Positions 22,712-35,340 of a stretch of 64,000 bases of DNA are shown here, piece after piece. Below the pieces are notes generated by a model. It did not search any database and was not told the DNA's origin. It saw only the letters and a list, made by a program, of their open reading frames with translations. This stretch comes from a bacterium (lineage in GTDB: Bacteria; UBA8248; JACPRG01; G963555815). Location: NCBI GenBank assembly GCA_965261595.1, contig CBDHDG010000007.1, positions 896,001 to 960,000 on the forward strand, written 5' to 3'. The number at the start of each line of letters is the position of its first letter. Within the stretch, counting starts at the first letter, position 1. The position numbers and the translations under genes were made by a program.

Positions 22712-25222
22712 ATGCCAGAGTTCCAGGAAACCCGGATTTCCGTCGCCATCGAGGACGAGATGAGGTCCTCCTTCATGGACTACGCGATGAGCGTCATCAT
22801 CGCGCGGGCCCTGCCAGACGTGCGCGACGGCCTCAAGCCGGTCCACCGCCGCATCCTCGTCACCCTCAACGACTTGGGTCTCCGCCCGGGCCGGGCCTAC
22901 CGGAAGTGCGCGAAGATCGCCGGCGATGTCAGCGGCAACTACCACCCCCACGGCGAAGCCATCGTCTATCCCTCCCTCGTCCGGATGGCCCAGGATTTCT
23001 CCCTCCGGTACCCTCTCGTCCTGGGGCAAGGGAACTTTGGCTCCGTGGACGGAGACCCCCCGGCCGCGATGCGGTACACCGAAGCCCGGATGACCGCCTT
23101 CACCGAGGAGATGCTCCGCGATCTCGAGAAAGAAACGGTCGATTTCGCCCCCAACTACGACGAGACCCTTCGGGAGCCGGTTGTTCTCCCTTCAGCCATT
23201 CCGAACCTGGTCATCAACGGATCGGACGGAATCGCCGTCGGCATGGCGACGAAGATCCCCCCCCATAACCTGGGCGAGGTCGTCAACGGTCTCGTCGCCC
23301 TCCTGGACGATCCCGACCTGCCGGACGCGAAGCTGATCGAGCATATCCCCGGCCCGGACTTCCCCACCGGCGCCATCATCAACGGCCGCAAGGGGATTCA
23401 CGACGCCTACCTCACCGGCCGGGGGCTCATTCAGGTTCGGGCCACCGCCCGGGTCGAGATCACCAAGCGGTTCGGACGCGAGCTCGAATCCATCGTCGTG
23501 ACCGAGATCCCCTACCAGGTCAACAAGGCCAAGCTCGTCGAGAAGATCGCCCATCTCGTTCGCGACAAGCAAATCGAGGGGATCGCCGATCTGCGCGACG
23601 AGTCCGACCGGGACGGCATGCGGATCGTCATCGAGCTCAAGCGGGACGGGGTCTCGGGCTATATCCTGAATCAGCTCTATAAGCACACGGCCATGCAGGG
23701 GACGTACGGCGTCATCATGCTGGCCCTGGTCAATAACCAGCCCCGCATTCTTCCGCTGAAAAGCGTACTGGGTTATTTCATCCAGCACCGCCGGGAGGTC
23801 GTTGTCCGGCGCACCCAGTACGACCTGCGCAAAGCCAGGGAGCGCGCCCACATCCTCGAGGGGCTCCTGGTCGCCCTGAAGAACATCGACGCGGTCATCA
23901 AGCTGATCCGCGCCTCCAAGACGCCCGAGGCCGCCCGCACGGGCCTGATGGACAAGTACAAGATCACCCAGATCCAGGCCCAAGCCATCCTGGACATGCG
24001 GCTGCAAAGGCTGGTCTCGCTGGAAAGGGAGAAGATCCAAGCCGAGCACAAAGAGCTGATAAAGACCATCGCCCGCCTCGAGGCCATCCTCGTCAGCGAT
24101 AATCTGGTGATCGGGATCATCAAAGACGAGCTGCTCGAAATCAAAAAGAAGTACGCCGACGAGCGCAGAACCGAGATCGCCGACGCCACAGATGACATCA
24201 CCCTCGAAGACATGCTCATCGAGGAGGAGATGGTCGTCACTGTCAGCCATGACGGGTACATCAAGCGGAACGCCGTCTCCCTCTACCGAAGCCAGCACCG
24301 CGGCGGCAAGGGGGTCAAGGGGATGCAGATCCGCCAGGAAGACGTGGTGGAAGAGATCTTCGTGGCCTCGACCCACGACTACATGCTCTGCTTCACGACG
24401 CGCGGACGCCTGCACTGGATCAAGGTCCACCGGCTTCCGCAGGCCGGCCGGGCCGGCCGGGGCAAGGCCCTGGTGAACCTGCTCCAGCTCAAAGACGGCG
24501 AGACCGTCTCCACCGCCCTCTCTGTCCGGGAGTTTTCCGACGGCAAGTTCGTCATGATGGTCACCCGGAAAGGGGTCGTGAAGAAGACGGCCCTGCCGCT
24601 TTTCGGCAACCCCAGGGCCGGAGGGATCATCGCCCTCAATCTGGACAGCGATGATGAGCTGGTCCGGGCCCGGATCACCGACGGCTCGCGCCAGGTTTTT
24701 CTGGCTACCCTCCAGGGCAAGGCCATCCGCTTCGAAGAGAGCCAAGTCCGGGCGATGGGGCGAAACGCCGCCGGTGTGCGGGGGATCCGCCTGGCGAAGG
24801 GAGACGAGATCATCGGCGCGGAGGTCGTCACGCCCGAGAGCGTCATGCTCTCCGTGACCGAGCTGGGTTACGGCAAACGCACCGCGGTCCGGGACTATCG
24901 GCTGACCGCCCGGGGCGGCAAGGGCGTGATTAATCTGAAGATCACCGGGAAAAACGGGCCGGTGGTGGGTGTCCGGCAAGTTTACGACACGGACGAATAC
25001 CTGATGATCACCAGCGGCGGGCAGCTCATGCGGGGGCGGATCAGGGACATCTCCGTCATCGGCCGCGCCACGCAGGGCGTTCGTCTCATCAACCTGAAAG
25101 GCGACGACCGCTTGGTTTCCATCGCGCGGATCGAGGAGAAAGACGTTCTCTCGTCCGCGAACGGGGCGGGCTCGCCCGAGACGGAAGGTTCGGAAGGCGG
25201 CGCGGATGACGCGCCCGGCTGA
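22712..25222 (+). CDS. gyrA: DNA gyrase subunit A
   Basis: YHPHG, AAMRYTE catalytic Tyr, GyrA box QHRGGKG, beta-pinwheel repeats. Confidence 0.99.
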   Translation: MPEFQETRISVAIEDEMRSSFMDYAMSVIIARALPDVRDGLKPVHRRILVTLNDLGLRPGRAYRKCAKIAGDVSGNYHPHGEAIVYPSLVRMAQDFSLRYPLVLGQGNFGSVDGDPPAAMRYTEARMTAFTEEMLRDLEKETVDFAPNYDETLREPVVLPSAIPNLVINGSDGIAVGMATKIPPHNLGEVVNGLVALLDDPDLPDAKLIEHIPGPDFPTGAIINGRKGIHDAYLTGRGLIQVRATARVEITKRFGRELESIVVTEIPYQVNKAKLVEKIAHLVRDKQIEGIADLRDESDRDGMRIVIELKRDGVSGYILNQLYKHTAMQGTYGVIMLALVNNQPRILPLKSVLGYFIQHRREVVVRRTQYDLRKARERAHILEGLLVALKNIDAVIKLIRASKTPEAARTGLMDKYKITQIQAQAILDMRLQRLVSLEREKIQAEHKELIKTIARLEAILVSDNLVIGIIKDELLEIKKKYADERRTEIADATDDITLEDMLIEEEMVVTVSHDGYIKRNAVSLYRSQHRGGKGVKGMQIRQEDVVEEIFVASTHDYMLCFTTRGRLHWIKVHRLPQAGRAGRGKALVNLLQLKDGETVSTALSVREFSDGKFVMMVTRKGVVKKTALPLFGNPRAGGIIALNLDSDDELVRARITDGSRQVFLATLQGKAIRFEESQVRAMGRNAAGVRGIRLAKGDEIIGAEVVTPESVMLSVTELGYGKRTAVRDYRLTARGGKGVINLKITGKNGPVVGVRQVYDTDEYLMITSGGQLMRGRIRDISVIGRATQGVRLINLKGDDRLVSIARIEEKDVLSSANGAGSPETEGSEGGADDAPG

Positions 25223-25237
25223 TCGACGGGCCGGGCG

Positions 25238-25333
25238 TCACTTCTCAATGACCGGATCGAAGCCGCCCCACATCCATAAGGCGACGAGGCCCGCGGCGAC
25301 CAGGTAAAGAATCGCGAGCCGTAACAGCTTCAT
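25238..25333 (-). CDS. putative 31-aa single-TM small protein
   Basis: Manual translation MKLLRLAILYLVAAGLVALWMWGGFDPVIEK in the gyrA-serS gap. Confidence 0.35.
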   Translation of the reverse strand: MKLLRLAILYLVAAGLVALWMWGGFDPVIEK

Positions 25334-25464
25334 GGGTGGTTTTTCCGCCCGCGCAATGCCGGTCTCCGGAAAGACCCCCGCCCTTCAAAGGCGAGGGAAG
25401 CGATTGAGCCGCCGCCCTCCCGAATGCTAACATTCCGTATTCTCCCGAACAACGAAGGGGGCCC

Positions 25465-27105
25465 ATGCTCGACATTCGAAAGATCAGAGAAAAGAGCGAG
25501 GACCTCCGGGCGGCCCTGGCCCGCCGCGCCGCCGCGCCCGATTTCACGCCGATCCTGGAGATCGACGAGCGCCGGCGCGCCCTCGTCACCGAAATCCAGA
25601 CGGTCAAGTCCAAGCAGAAAGAGCTCTCCCGGCGAATCGGAAACCTGAAGCGCGAAGGCCAGGACGCCGAGGTCCTCATGGCCGAGGTCCGCGGGATGGG
25701 GGACGAGGCCTCCTCGCTGGAGCGCAGAATCCGCGAGGAGGAGGAAGCCGGCCGGGCGTTGATGCTCGACATTCCCAACGCGCCGCATCCCTCCGTCCCG
25801 GACGGGGCGGATGAGGGGGCGAACGTAGAGATTCGCCGCTGGGGCGCGCCCGCGACGTTCCCCTTCGAGGCCCAGGACCACCTGACCATCGGTGAGCGGC
25901 TCGGGATCATCGACCTGCCGCGCGCGGCGAAGATCGCCGGCGCGCGGTTCCCGCTGATGGTGGGCGTAGGGGCCGCGCTCGAGAGGGCGCTGTTGAACTT
26001 CATGATGGACCTCCACACCCGTCGCCACGGCTACACCGAGGTCCTCCCCCCGTTCTTGATCAACGCCGACTCCCTCGTCGGCACGGGGCAGCTTCCCAAG
26101 TTCGAGGAGGACCTGTTCAAGATCGACGAGGGCGGGCTCTACCTCACGCCGACGGCCGAGGTCCCGGTCACGAACATCCACCGGGACGAGATCCTCCCGG
26201 AGCGCGCCCTCCCCATCAAGTACGCCGCGTTCACGCCCTGCTTCCGCCGGGAGGCGGGGTCTTACGGAAAGGAAACCCGGGGTCTCATCCGCCAGCACCA
26301 GTTCGACAAGGTGGAGCTGGTCAGGTTCACCTCGCCCGAGACGTCCGACGAAGCGCTGGAGGACCTCGCGGCGGAGGTCGAGGAAGTCCTTCAGCGCCTC
26401 GAGATCCATTACCGCGTCATCGCCCTCTGCGCCGGAGACCTGGGATTCAGCGCCGCCAAGACCTATGACATCGAGGCCTGGCTCCCTTCCAGGAAGGGGT
26501 ACCTCGAGGTTTCCTCGTGCAGCAACTTCGAGGACTTTCAGGCCCGCCGGGCGGGAATCCGCACTCGGGGGCCGGAGGGGGGGACGATCTTCGTCCACAC
26601 CCTGAACGGATCGGGCCTGGCCATCGGCCGGACGATTGTGGCGCTCCTCGAAAACTTCCAGCAGAAGGATGGGACGGTTATCGTCCCGCCGGTGTTGCGG
26701 CCCTACCTGGGCGGAATAGAGATCATCGGCCGGATGAAGGCCCCCTGGGCGGCGAAAGGGGGAGACCCGCCGGAAAGGAAAAAGGCGGCGGAAAAAAAAT
26801 CGGCGCCCGAGACTGTTGCGGCCGCCCCCGCGACCGCCGCGAGCGACGAGAGCAAAAGTGAAGACCGCAAGGCCGACAGCGGCGGCGGCCGGGGGGGCAG
26901 AGACCGCAGGAGAAATCGGGGCCGGCGGAACCGCGGCCGGCAGGGCGCCGAGGGCTCCGCTCCAGCGGGGGGCGGCGCGCCCGCCGGGGATCGGCCACAG
27001 GGCGAATCACGGCCCGATCCGGCCGGATCGGCCGGACCCGATGCGTCTCAGCCGTCCGGGGACGGCGGCGGGGGAAAGGTCGACAATCCGGAATCCGATC
27101 ACTAA
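25465..27105 (+). CDS. serS: seryl-tRNA synthetase with a long low-complexity C-terminal tail
   Basis: [39 protein letters not shown]. Confidence 0.97.
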   Translation: MLDIRKIREKSEDLRAALARRAAAPDFTPILEIDERRRALVTEIQTVKSKQKELSRRIGNLKREGQDAEVLMAEVRGMGDEASSLERRIREEEEAGRALMLDIPNAPHPSVPDGADEGANVEIRRWGAPATFPFEAQDHLTIGERLGIIDLPRAAKIAGARFPLMVGVGAALERALLNFMMDLHTRRHGYTEVLPPFLINADSLVGTGQLPKFEEDLFKIDEGGLYLTPTAEVPVTNIHRDEILPERALPIKYAAFTPCFRREAGSYGKETRGLIRQHQFDKVELVRFTSPETSDEALEDLAAEVEEVLQRLEIHYRVIALCAGDLGFSAAKTYDIEAWLPSRKGYLEVSSCSNFEDFQARRAGIRTRGPEGGTIFVHTLNGSGLAIGRTIVALLENFQQKDGTVIVPPVLRPYLGGIEIIGRMKAPWAAKGGDPPERKKAAEKKSAPETVAAAPATAASDESKSEDRKADSGGGRGGRDRRRNRGRRNRGRQGAEGSAPAGGGAPAGDRPQGESRPDPAGSAGPDASQPSGDGGGGKVDNPESDH

Positions 27106-27158
27106 TTTGATTTCAACGGAAGGTTTCTCCCCGCCGGCGGAACACGACCCGTTCCGGC

Positions 27159-27250
27159 GGAGGGATGGCCGAGCGGCTGAAGGCGGCGGTCTTGAAAACC
27201 GCTAGGGGCCGAAAGGTCTCTCGGGGGTTCGAATCCCCCTCCCTCCGCCA
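27159..27250 (+). tRNA. tRNA-Ser(TGA)
   Basis: GGAGGGA/TCCCTCC acceptor stem, anticodon arm gcggt-cTTGAaa-accgc, long variable arm, GGTTCGAATCC, CCA. Confidence 0.96.
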
Positions 27251-27341
27251 AGGTGTCCGGCCAGCGGACGGAAACGGCCCATGCCGGGCGCGGCGTCTGG
27301 CCCGGTCCCGGGAAGAAATTGCAGAAATTCAAGGCTTGCGC

Positions 27342-27434
<93 letters not shown>

Positions 27435-27674
27435 ATCAATCCGCGTAAGTATCTGATACCGCGAAGGAAATCACAGAATCACCAGCGATTCTGTGCCATT
27501 CGTTCCCACATTCGGACTCAAAGCCAGTCCACCGCCTGCCGTAGTTGCCGCTCCTCGGCTTCGTCCCGACGCGCTTGCGGACAGCACCGCGCCGCAAGGA
27601 TTCCTTGGTCGGGCGAGGTGTCTCGCGTCGCGGTTGCCCGCTCAGCGGCCACGGATTCAGCTTGGGGCGGGTTC

Positions 27675-28313
27675 TCACCAGCACTCCGCCCGCGGTAGCG
27701 CGTTGCCCATCGCCGCGGTGTCGAACCACGTGATCCGCGCTCTGACTTCGGCGACGCGCCGATCGAGAGCAGCCAGCTCCATCAGCTCGTGCCCCTCGCC
27801 TTCGGTCTGCATGACCTTCGCCTTGCCGCCGCTGGCCGCGACCTTCTCCCGGGTGTTGAGCAAGGTCTGAAGTAACCGCCGTTCCTGCGAGGCGATGGTG
27901 CTCGCGTCGGTGCTGGTCGGTGTCGGCAGGCGGAACCGGTCGATGCTCATGACCTTGGCGTCCGGGGTCATCGACGCGATCATCATGACCTCGGGGTCGT
28001 GTCCGTCGAACAGCGAGAGCGTTGTCTGCCAGCCCACCTCGATACCGGCTGCGGTCAGCTCGATATTCGGTGCGGACGGCTTTGCCGCCACGGCCACGGG
28101 GAAGTCGAGAACAGCGGCGTTCGCAACATCGAACCCCGCCACCTGCGCCCACCGGGGAGAGTTTCCGCCGTAGGTGAGTTCGCCTGGATCGGTGCCGAAC
28201 CACGAATAGGAATCGGTCTTTACCCAGACGTAGTACCGCGCGGCGCCGGCGGGCGGCGCCCACGTCAGGGACTCGCCGAAGTCCACTTCATGCAGCGTTG
28301 GAATAGCGCGCAT
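27675..28313 (-). CDS. phage protein, possible head-tail joining/adaptor
   Basis: Directly downstream of the terminase; C-terminal helical segment (ELAALDRRVAEVRARI) recalls gpW-like adaptors. Confidence 0.4.
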   Translation of the reverse strand: MRAIPTLHEVDFGESLTWAPPAGAARYYVWVKTDSYSWFGTDPGELTYGGNSPRWAQVAGFDVANAAVLDFPVAVAAKPSAPNIELTAAGIEVGWQTTLSLFDGHDPEVMMIASMTPDAKVMSIDRFRLPTPTSTDASTIASQERRLLQTLLNTREKVAASGGKAKVMQTEGEGHELMELAALDRRVAEVRARITWFDTAAMGNALPRAECW

Positions 28314-29248
28314 TGGTCGTTGCCTCGATCAGCTCGCGCTCGGCGAGCAGGAATGGAATGCCCAGGTGAGAGACGCACGCGAGCGAGTAGACGAGCAGAT
28401 CAAGCGCCTCATTCGCGCGTCCGATTTTCTTCCACTGGAGCCGGGTCCGCCCGGTGCGCTTCTCGACGACGCGCTCCAGGGTCTCGGAGCAGATCCCCTC
28501 GAATTGCTCGGGACCGTAGAACGTCTCGTCAGCCGGCCACGTCATGGGTCGCGGGACGGTGCCGGTGCAGGACTGGCGTAGCAGGCTGAACACGGACGCC
28601 TTGCTCGAATTCGTGCATATCAGCGCGAGGCCGTTCGACCCGTAGTCGTGTAGCGCGTCCTGCGTCACCGACCTCCGCATCAGCACACCGCCGAAGCGGG
28701 TCGGCGGTAGTCCCTTCAAGCACTGGTAGCCGGCGCCGCGGGACTTCGCGAAGTCCGCAACCTGTTCGGTGTAGTGACCACCGGAGTCGATGCCGACGAT
28801 GACGGGGCGGAGCAGGCACCCGCTCGCGTGCTCGCGCGGGGTCTCCATCATCCTCGCCAGCTCGTCCCACGGCTGCGCGGTGCCGGGGTCGCCGGGGATC
28901 TTCCGGTACTCGATCCCCCACCGCCGGAGCCTGTACCAGCGCCCACCGTGCGCCAAGCCGTGATAGCCGGCTTGCTCCCAACCACGCACGCCCGTCGTCT
29001 CGGATTCGGCCCGGCCGACCTCCACGATGCCCCAGGCGGCGACCTCGACCTCCAGGCGGTTGTCTTGCGTGTCCACCGCCCCGGTAAGCACGCACGCGCC
29101 TCCAGGCACGTTCTCGTACGCCTCCCGGCACGTCGTGGCGATCATCTCCGGCGTGACGCCTTGTGTGCAGGCTCCGGCCGGAACGGGAGTGCGAGCCTGC
29201 CCTGCTGGAACGCTCTGATCTCGGCCATGGAGGATGTCTGCTTGCGGT
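28288..29248 (-). pseudogene. lambda GpA-type terminase large subunit, C-terminal nuclease part only
   Basis: LTGAVDTQDNRLEVEVAAWG, GIDSGGHYT, NEALDLLVY; 5' part replaced by IS21. Confidence 0.85.
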
Positions 29249-30011
29249 TGTTAGTGGCGCCAAGGAAACGCGTTTAACTGGTGCAGGGGGTGGTTTTTGA
29301 TGGTGCATATATTTCGCGTTGCGAACGGGGGGGGTCAGAAGGGCGGATCTTTGTCCCACAGCGGCAACTGTTCATCGTTGTCGGTGTGTTGTGTGTAGTG
29401 GCGACGGATCTGTGCGAAGTAGCGATTTTCGAGGCAACGCGCGATTTCATAGAGGCAACAGATGAGCTGGGCGGCGGCTTCGTCGGAGAGGTTGTCGGGG
29501 AGTTCGGGGTCGCGTTCGTCGTCGGTGTTCATGATTATTTGGCGAGGGTTTTCTTTTGTCGCTTTGGGCGTGCGGCCTTACGCTGCTCGGCACGCTCTTG
29601 GGCTTCTTTAAGGCGGTAGCTGCTGGCCTCGATGGGCAGTATTTCGCAGCGATGAACGAGTCGGTCGATGAGGGTGACGACACAGGCGGCGTTGGGGAAG
29701 ATGTCGTTCCAATCGGCGAACGCTCGATTGGTAGTGACGATGATGGGACGCAGCTGATAGCGTCGAGTGACCACCTCGAAGAGCAGGTCGGCGTAGCGGT
29801 TGTCGTAGTCGAGGCAGCCTATTTCGTCGATGGCTAAAATGTGCGGCAAGGTATAGCGCTTAAGGCGTCTGGACAGGGCGGCGGAGGAGTCCTGGGCGGC
29901 GAGGTCATGGAGCATATCGGAGGCGGTGACGAAGCGCGCCGAGGCGCCGTTGATAACGGCGTGATGGACGAGGTTTTTGGCGAGCATAGATTTACCGACG
30001 CCGTTGGTCCC
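29249..30011 (-). mobile_element. istB: IS21-family remnant: istB 3' part (29535-30011), small ORF (29335-29532) and terminal repeat
   Basis: GVGKS Walker A, IDEIG, TTNR.F.DW, IDRLVH, SYRLKE; TG end with repeated tgg(c/t)gc motifs. Confidence 0.85.
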
Positions 30012-31412
30012 CCGCTCTAGGGTTTTGTTGGACACTCGATTGATCCATGATTCATGGAGAAAGGGGTGTCGCGATGAACGAACAAAAGCAAGAGGGGGCT
30101 TTGGCGGAGGGCGCCCGCAGGGCGAACGGAGCCAAGGCCCCAGGGCATCGCAGTGAGCGGGGTCGGTTCTCCTGCCAGGCGCAAGCGGGAGGCGGTCCTG
30201 CGTCTTTTGCGGGGCGAGAGCCTGGAGACGCTCTGCCGCGAGTTGGGCACGACAGCGGCTCGGCTTTCCGCCTGGCGCGAGGCGTTCCTTCGCGGGGGCG
30301 AGGCGGCGCTCAAAGCCCGCCCGGCGGATGAGCGGGACGAGGAGAACGCCCGGCTCAAGGCCAAGGTGGGCGAACTCACGATGGAGGGCGAGGTCCTGCG
30401 GGAGAAGATCGACCGCCTGGAGGCCGGCCGCCCTTTAGCCGGCAGGAGGTGGAGGCGATGAGTCAGGCCCGCTTCACCTCCACGGGCAGAGCCTACGGCC
30501 TGAAGCGGGTGTGCGCCCTTTGAGGCTTGGCGCGCTCCACGGTCTACGCGCAACGGCGGCGAGAGGCGGTCCCCGTTCATGAACGCCCCACGCCCAATAA
30601 GCGCGGCCCTGTGGGCCCGTGCACCGATGCGGAACTCCTCGGCCACATCCGGCAGGTCCTGGAGGACTCTCCCTTCCATGGCGAGGGCTACCGCAAGGTG
30701 TGGGCGAGGCTGCGCTTCGCGGGCATCCGCACCAGCAAGGAGCGGGTGCGTCGCCTGATGCGGGAGGCGGGGCTTCAGGCCCCCCACCGGGTGGGCAAAC
30801 CCCGAGGTCCCAAGGCCCACAACGGGACCATCCGCACCGAGCGGCCCGACCGAATGTGGGGCACGGACATGACGACGACGGTGACCACCGAGGAGGGGAT
30901 GGCCTCGGTGTTCGTGGCGGTGGATCACTGCTCGGTGGACTGCGTGGGGATCCATGCGGCCAAGAGCGGCAACCGCTTCGAGGCCCTGGAGCCGATCCGG
31001 CAGGGGGTCGCCGAGCGCTTCGCCGGCTTGGAGGCGGACGTCGCCGAGGGGCTTAAAGTTCGTCACGACCACGGCCCCGCCTATCTGTCCGATGACTTTC
31101 AGCGGGAGATCGCCTACCTGGGCATGACCAGTTCGCCCAGCTTCGTGCGGGCGCCCGAGGGAAATGGCTACTGTGAGTGGTTCATCCGCATCTTGAAGGA
31201 GAATCTCCTGTGGGTGCGCTCTTTCGCCACCGTAGAGGAACTGCGGTGGGCGCTGCTTGAGTTCAAGAACCTGTACAACCATCATTGGATTCTCGAGGGC
31301 TACGGCTACCGAACGCCGGCCCAGGCAAGGCAGGAAAAACTCGCTCAAGTTGCGGAGGCCGCATGAGGTCGAATACCCTCACCCGAGTGTCCAATAACCC
31401 AGGGGCGGTCCA
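30012..31412 (+). mobile_element. IS3-family element, damaged (orfA frameshifted; TGA at 30521 in orfB 30458-31366)
   Basis: GYRKVWARLR, WGTDMT, RHDHG, PEGNG; inverted ends ttggacactcg / cgagtgtccaa. Confidence 0.85.
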
Positions 31413-31449
31413 CATGACTTCCACATCGAAACCGTGCACTACCCGCTGC

Positions 31450-32139
31450 CTAAACCTCTCCCTCGAGGATTTGACCGTGCTCCCTTAGCCAGCCGCGCGC
31501 TCTGTCCATGGTGGGTACTTGTGTCTTCACTATGTTCCAGAATCGCGGCGTATGGTTGGGCTCCAAAAGGTGGGTGAGTTCATGGGCGATAACGTAATCG
31601 ACCACAAAGATCGGCGCCTTAATCAACCGCCAGTTCAGGTTGATGTTGTCACGAACTGTGCATGAGCCCCACCGATATCGACTATCAACGATGCGCGCCT
31701 GCCAAAAGGAAACGCCAAGCTCTCGAGCCTGCTTCACAACGCGAGGTAGAATTCGCTCCTTTGCTCGCGCGATGTACCACTCACGCATGGCACCCTTCTT
31801 GTGAGTCGCAAGCGATGCCGAAATCAGAAAACGCTGATCAAACCGAATACGTTCCGTCTCTTTGTCGACGACTTCGATCCGGTAGCTCCGCCCAAGATAT
31901 AGCGCGGACTCACCATTAACGAGCTCTTTGCCAGGTGGATGAGGGCGCCCCGTGTTTTTTTGGCTATGCCGTGTTTTCTCGTAGATCCAATGCCGCTTGG
32001 CTTCGACTATCCGCACAATTGCTTCATCGGACGCATGATTCGGAGCGTGCACAACAACCTTTCTGTCACGCTCGATAGTGATCGTAACCTTCGTTCGTTT
32101 TGAAGATCTTTTTACCGAATAGGTAATATCCATCGTCAC
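31450..32139 (-). CDS. M48/YgjP (DUF45)-like metalloprotease of type I R-M loci
   Basis: RWGSC, DYVIAHELTHL.E.NH..RFW (HExxH). Confidence 0.88.
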   Translation of the reverse strand: MTMDITYSVKRSSKRTKVTITIERDRKVVVHAPNHASDEAIVRIVEAKRHWIYEKTRHSQKNTGRPHPPGKELVNGESALYLGRSYRIEVVDKETERIRFDQRFLISASLATHKKGAMREWYIARAKERILPRVVKQARELGVSFWQARIVDSRYRWGSCTVRDNINLNWRLIKAPIFVVDYVIAHELTHLLEPNHTPRFWNIVKTQVPTMDRARGWLREHGQILEGEV

Positions 32140-35100
32140 TAGTCCGCGAAAAGAATCATGTCATTGTTCTTTTCAGCGATTTCCATAACTCGGCTAATGA
32201 TGTGCGCACGATTCTTGATGAGGTCGGGCACTTTGGCGAACTCAGGCGCGAGCAAGGTTTTTTGGATCTCTGCTTTCAGCTTGTTGCGGGCCGGAATGCT
32301 CTCCCAGAATCCTGCCAATTTCAGCTCTCTCTCAATAACGAGAGTAATCTGCTGTGTCAAATCTACTAGACAGCTGATTCGGTCTTCATCGTCGATGCCA
32401 TAGACAGCATGCTCCTCAGCCACCTGAGACTGATCCACAGTCGGCTTATCTGCACCGAACAGCTCACGCTGAAACATTCGAAAGAATGGCATTTGCTTTT
32501 TTCGATGCAATCCGTATGTTGGCTCGTTGCTGGCATTGATAATGCGCGCCCGCAGCTTCTCTAGTTCTTCGTAGATCTTGTTCCAGTTGTCGCGGAATTG
32601 CTCAAAGATGACCGCCAGGGCTTCGGCGAAGGAGGCTCGCAGATCCGGATCATCGTCCAGGTCTACGTCGAGGTGGTGGCGGATCGCGTGCTCGATTTCG
32701 GCCGCCTTGGTCTTGGTCCGGCGGTGCTCGCCGACACCCTTTTCGAAATCCTCGTCAAGGATCGAGATCGGCGGGACTTTGACATCGATGTCCCGGGACT
32801 CGAGGTGGGCATCCGTGATTGCACGAAGCTTCGCCGGGATCCCCTTCATGCTCAGGCGCTGGTCGCGGAAGTGTTTTCCGGCGAGCACATTTATCTCGGC
32901 GAGCGCCTTGTAGTCGCCCATGAACTCAAGGGCCTGGCGGGCCGGGAACAGGAGATTGAGCGACTTGGTCAGCCGCTTGAACGCCAGCATGAAGTCAAAG
33001 CGCAGGTCCTCGTCGTAGAACACATCGTAGAAGGCATCGTGATCGCTCATGTCCGTAAGTCCGTGCTTCTGGAGCAGGGCCATCACGGCGGCGTGGGCTT
33101 CCTCGAGTTCCCGCAACTCCTCATCGGGGAAGCTCAGGGCGTCGATGATCTCCTTCTGCTCGCGCTCGTCGTAGGTGTCGATCGCTTTCTTGAGATGGTG
33201 GCCAATGCCGACATAGTCCACCACGAAGCCCTTGTCCTTGGATTCGCCGCCCACGCGGTTCACACGGGCGATGGCCTGCAGCAGGTTATGGGCAACCACG
33301 ACCTTGTCCAGATACATCACCTGCTCGACCGGCGCATCGAAGCCGGTAAGCAGCATGTTGTTGATAATGAGGATCCCCAGGTCGCCGTTGACACCGTCTT
33401 CTTCACTGCCGAACGCCAGTTTGAAGCTCTTGATGCTCGCCTCGTGCCGTGACGAGTCGGAATACTCTTTGAGGTGGGGCAGGTCGTTGTGGCGTCTGGA
33501 GATCACGACGTCCGTCTTCATCGCCTTGAGGCGGTCCAAGTCCAGCTTGTGCCCGTATCGGCCTGCTCCAGCTTTGCGACCGCCGCCGCGAGCGCGGCGT
33601 CCAGGTGCTTCTTGTAGCGCACGGCAGCCTCGCGTGACGTCGCCACCACCTGCGCCTTGTAGCCGTTGGGGAACACATGCGCGAGGTAGTGCTCCACCAT
33701 GTCCCTGGCCTTGGTCTCGATGGTCAGCTCTGCCTCGAGATAGGCGTCCCGCGATCCGTACCCGAGGATGTCCAGACGCTGCTGGATGTTGTACTCGCTG
33801 AACACGTCCTCGAACGCCGCGTCCATCCAGCCCCGGTCGGGGACCTCCGCGTTGTGCGTGCGGCCCTCGTAGACGATCTCTAGCGTCACGCCGTCCTCGA
33901 TGGACTGGCGCATCGTGTACTTGTCGATGTAGTCGCCGAAGACTTGCTCGGTCTTGTCGATCGGCGTGTCCGTGTAGCCGATTTTGGCGGCGTTGGGGAT
34001 GCCCTTGTCGAGGTTGGCCCCAAGCAGCTTGTACTGCGATCGGTGGGCCTCGTCAGTCATGACGAGGATGTTGGGGCTGGCGTTCAGCTCCGGGAAGGTC
34101 TCGGTCAGGTCCGCCTCGCGGAACTTGTGGATCATCGCCATCACCAGGTCGGAGGTGTCGGCGCTGAGCAGTTCCTTGAGCCCCTTGATGCTGTCGGCCA
34201 GCTTCACCGTGAAGCCGATGCTCTGACTGGTCTCGGACAGCTGCTGTTCCAATTGGGTGCGGTCGGTAATGAAGACGACCTTCCAATTCGAGAGCTGCGC
34301 GTGACGGTACATCTCCCGAACCATGAACATCATGGTGAGCGACTTGCCGGAGCCCTGGGTGTGCCAGACGATGCCGCTGCGCTCGCGGGGATTACGGCCT
34401 TCGATAAGCCGCTTTACCGCCAACTTCACCGCACGGAACTGTTGGTAGCGGCCGACGATCTTGATCGTCTGGCCCTTATCATTCGTCGAGAACAGCGTGA
34501 AGGTCCGAATCAAGTCGAGCAGGTTGTCCCGGTCAAGCATGCCGGCGACGAGACGCTGCTGGTCGTTGGGGCTGCCTGAGCCGTGGTCCAGCTCGTCCAC
34601 GGTTCGTGGATACGGGTCGGCCCAGCGGTAGAAGTACTTCTCCGTGTGCGTGGTGATGGTGCCGAACTTGGCTTCCTGCCGGCAAGTCGCCACGACGAAC
34701 TGGTTGTAGTAGAAGAGCGGCGCATTCCCTTCCCTCTCGGCCCCGCGCTGCTCGCTGTAGCGGAGAAGCTGATCGATCGCCTCGGGAATCGCGTCCTTGA
34801 CCTTGGGCGATTTGCACTCGATCACCACCACTGGCAGACCGTTGAGGAACAGCACGACGTCGGGGATGATGTGGTGCTCGGTGCCGAGGACGCGGACCTT
34901 GAACTGGCAGACCGCGATGAAGCGGTTGTTGTCGCGGGTCCCAAAGTCCGCGAAGCGGACGGTCGGGCTCTTCTCGCCGCTCTGACGGTTCTCGCTGACA
35001 CTGGTGTTCTCCAGTAGGAGCTGGAACAGGTGCTTGTTGTTCTCCAGCAAACCGGTGCTCGGGAAGCTCGCGGTGAGCTGCTTGACGACCTCCTCGACCT

Positions 35101-35326
35101 GATCGTCTTCGAGCCAGGGGTTGATGACCTTGAGCCGCTCGCGCAGCACCGGCGTCATCACGACCTCGGTGAAGCTCTCCCGATGGGTGTCGGCCGGGGT
35201 CTGCTTCATGTCCGTCAAGTCGATGACCGCCCAGCCCAAGCCCGCAAGCTGGTCGAGCAGCGGCTTTTCGACGTGGTTGCGCTCGTCGAGGCGAAGTTCC
35301 TTGGCTGTGGTCGATTCCGTGCCCAT
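32139..35326 (-). pseudogene. hsdR: type I restriction endonuclease R subunit, frameshifted near 33550
   Basis: PDVVLFLNGLPVVVIECK, WHTQGSGKS, DEAHRSQY, MLLTGFDAP, QAIARVNR across two frames. Confidence 0.93.
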
Positions 35327-35340
35327 GGCCGCCTGCCCCT

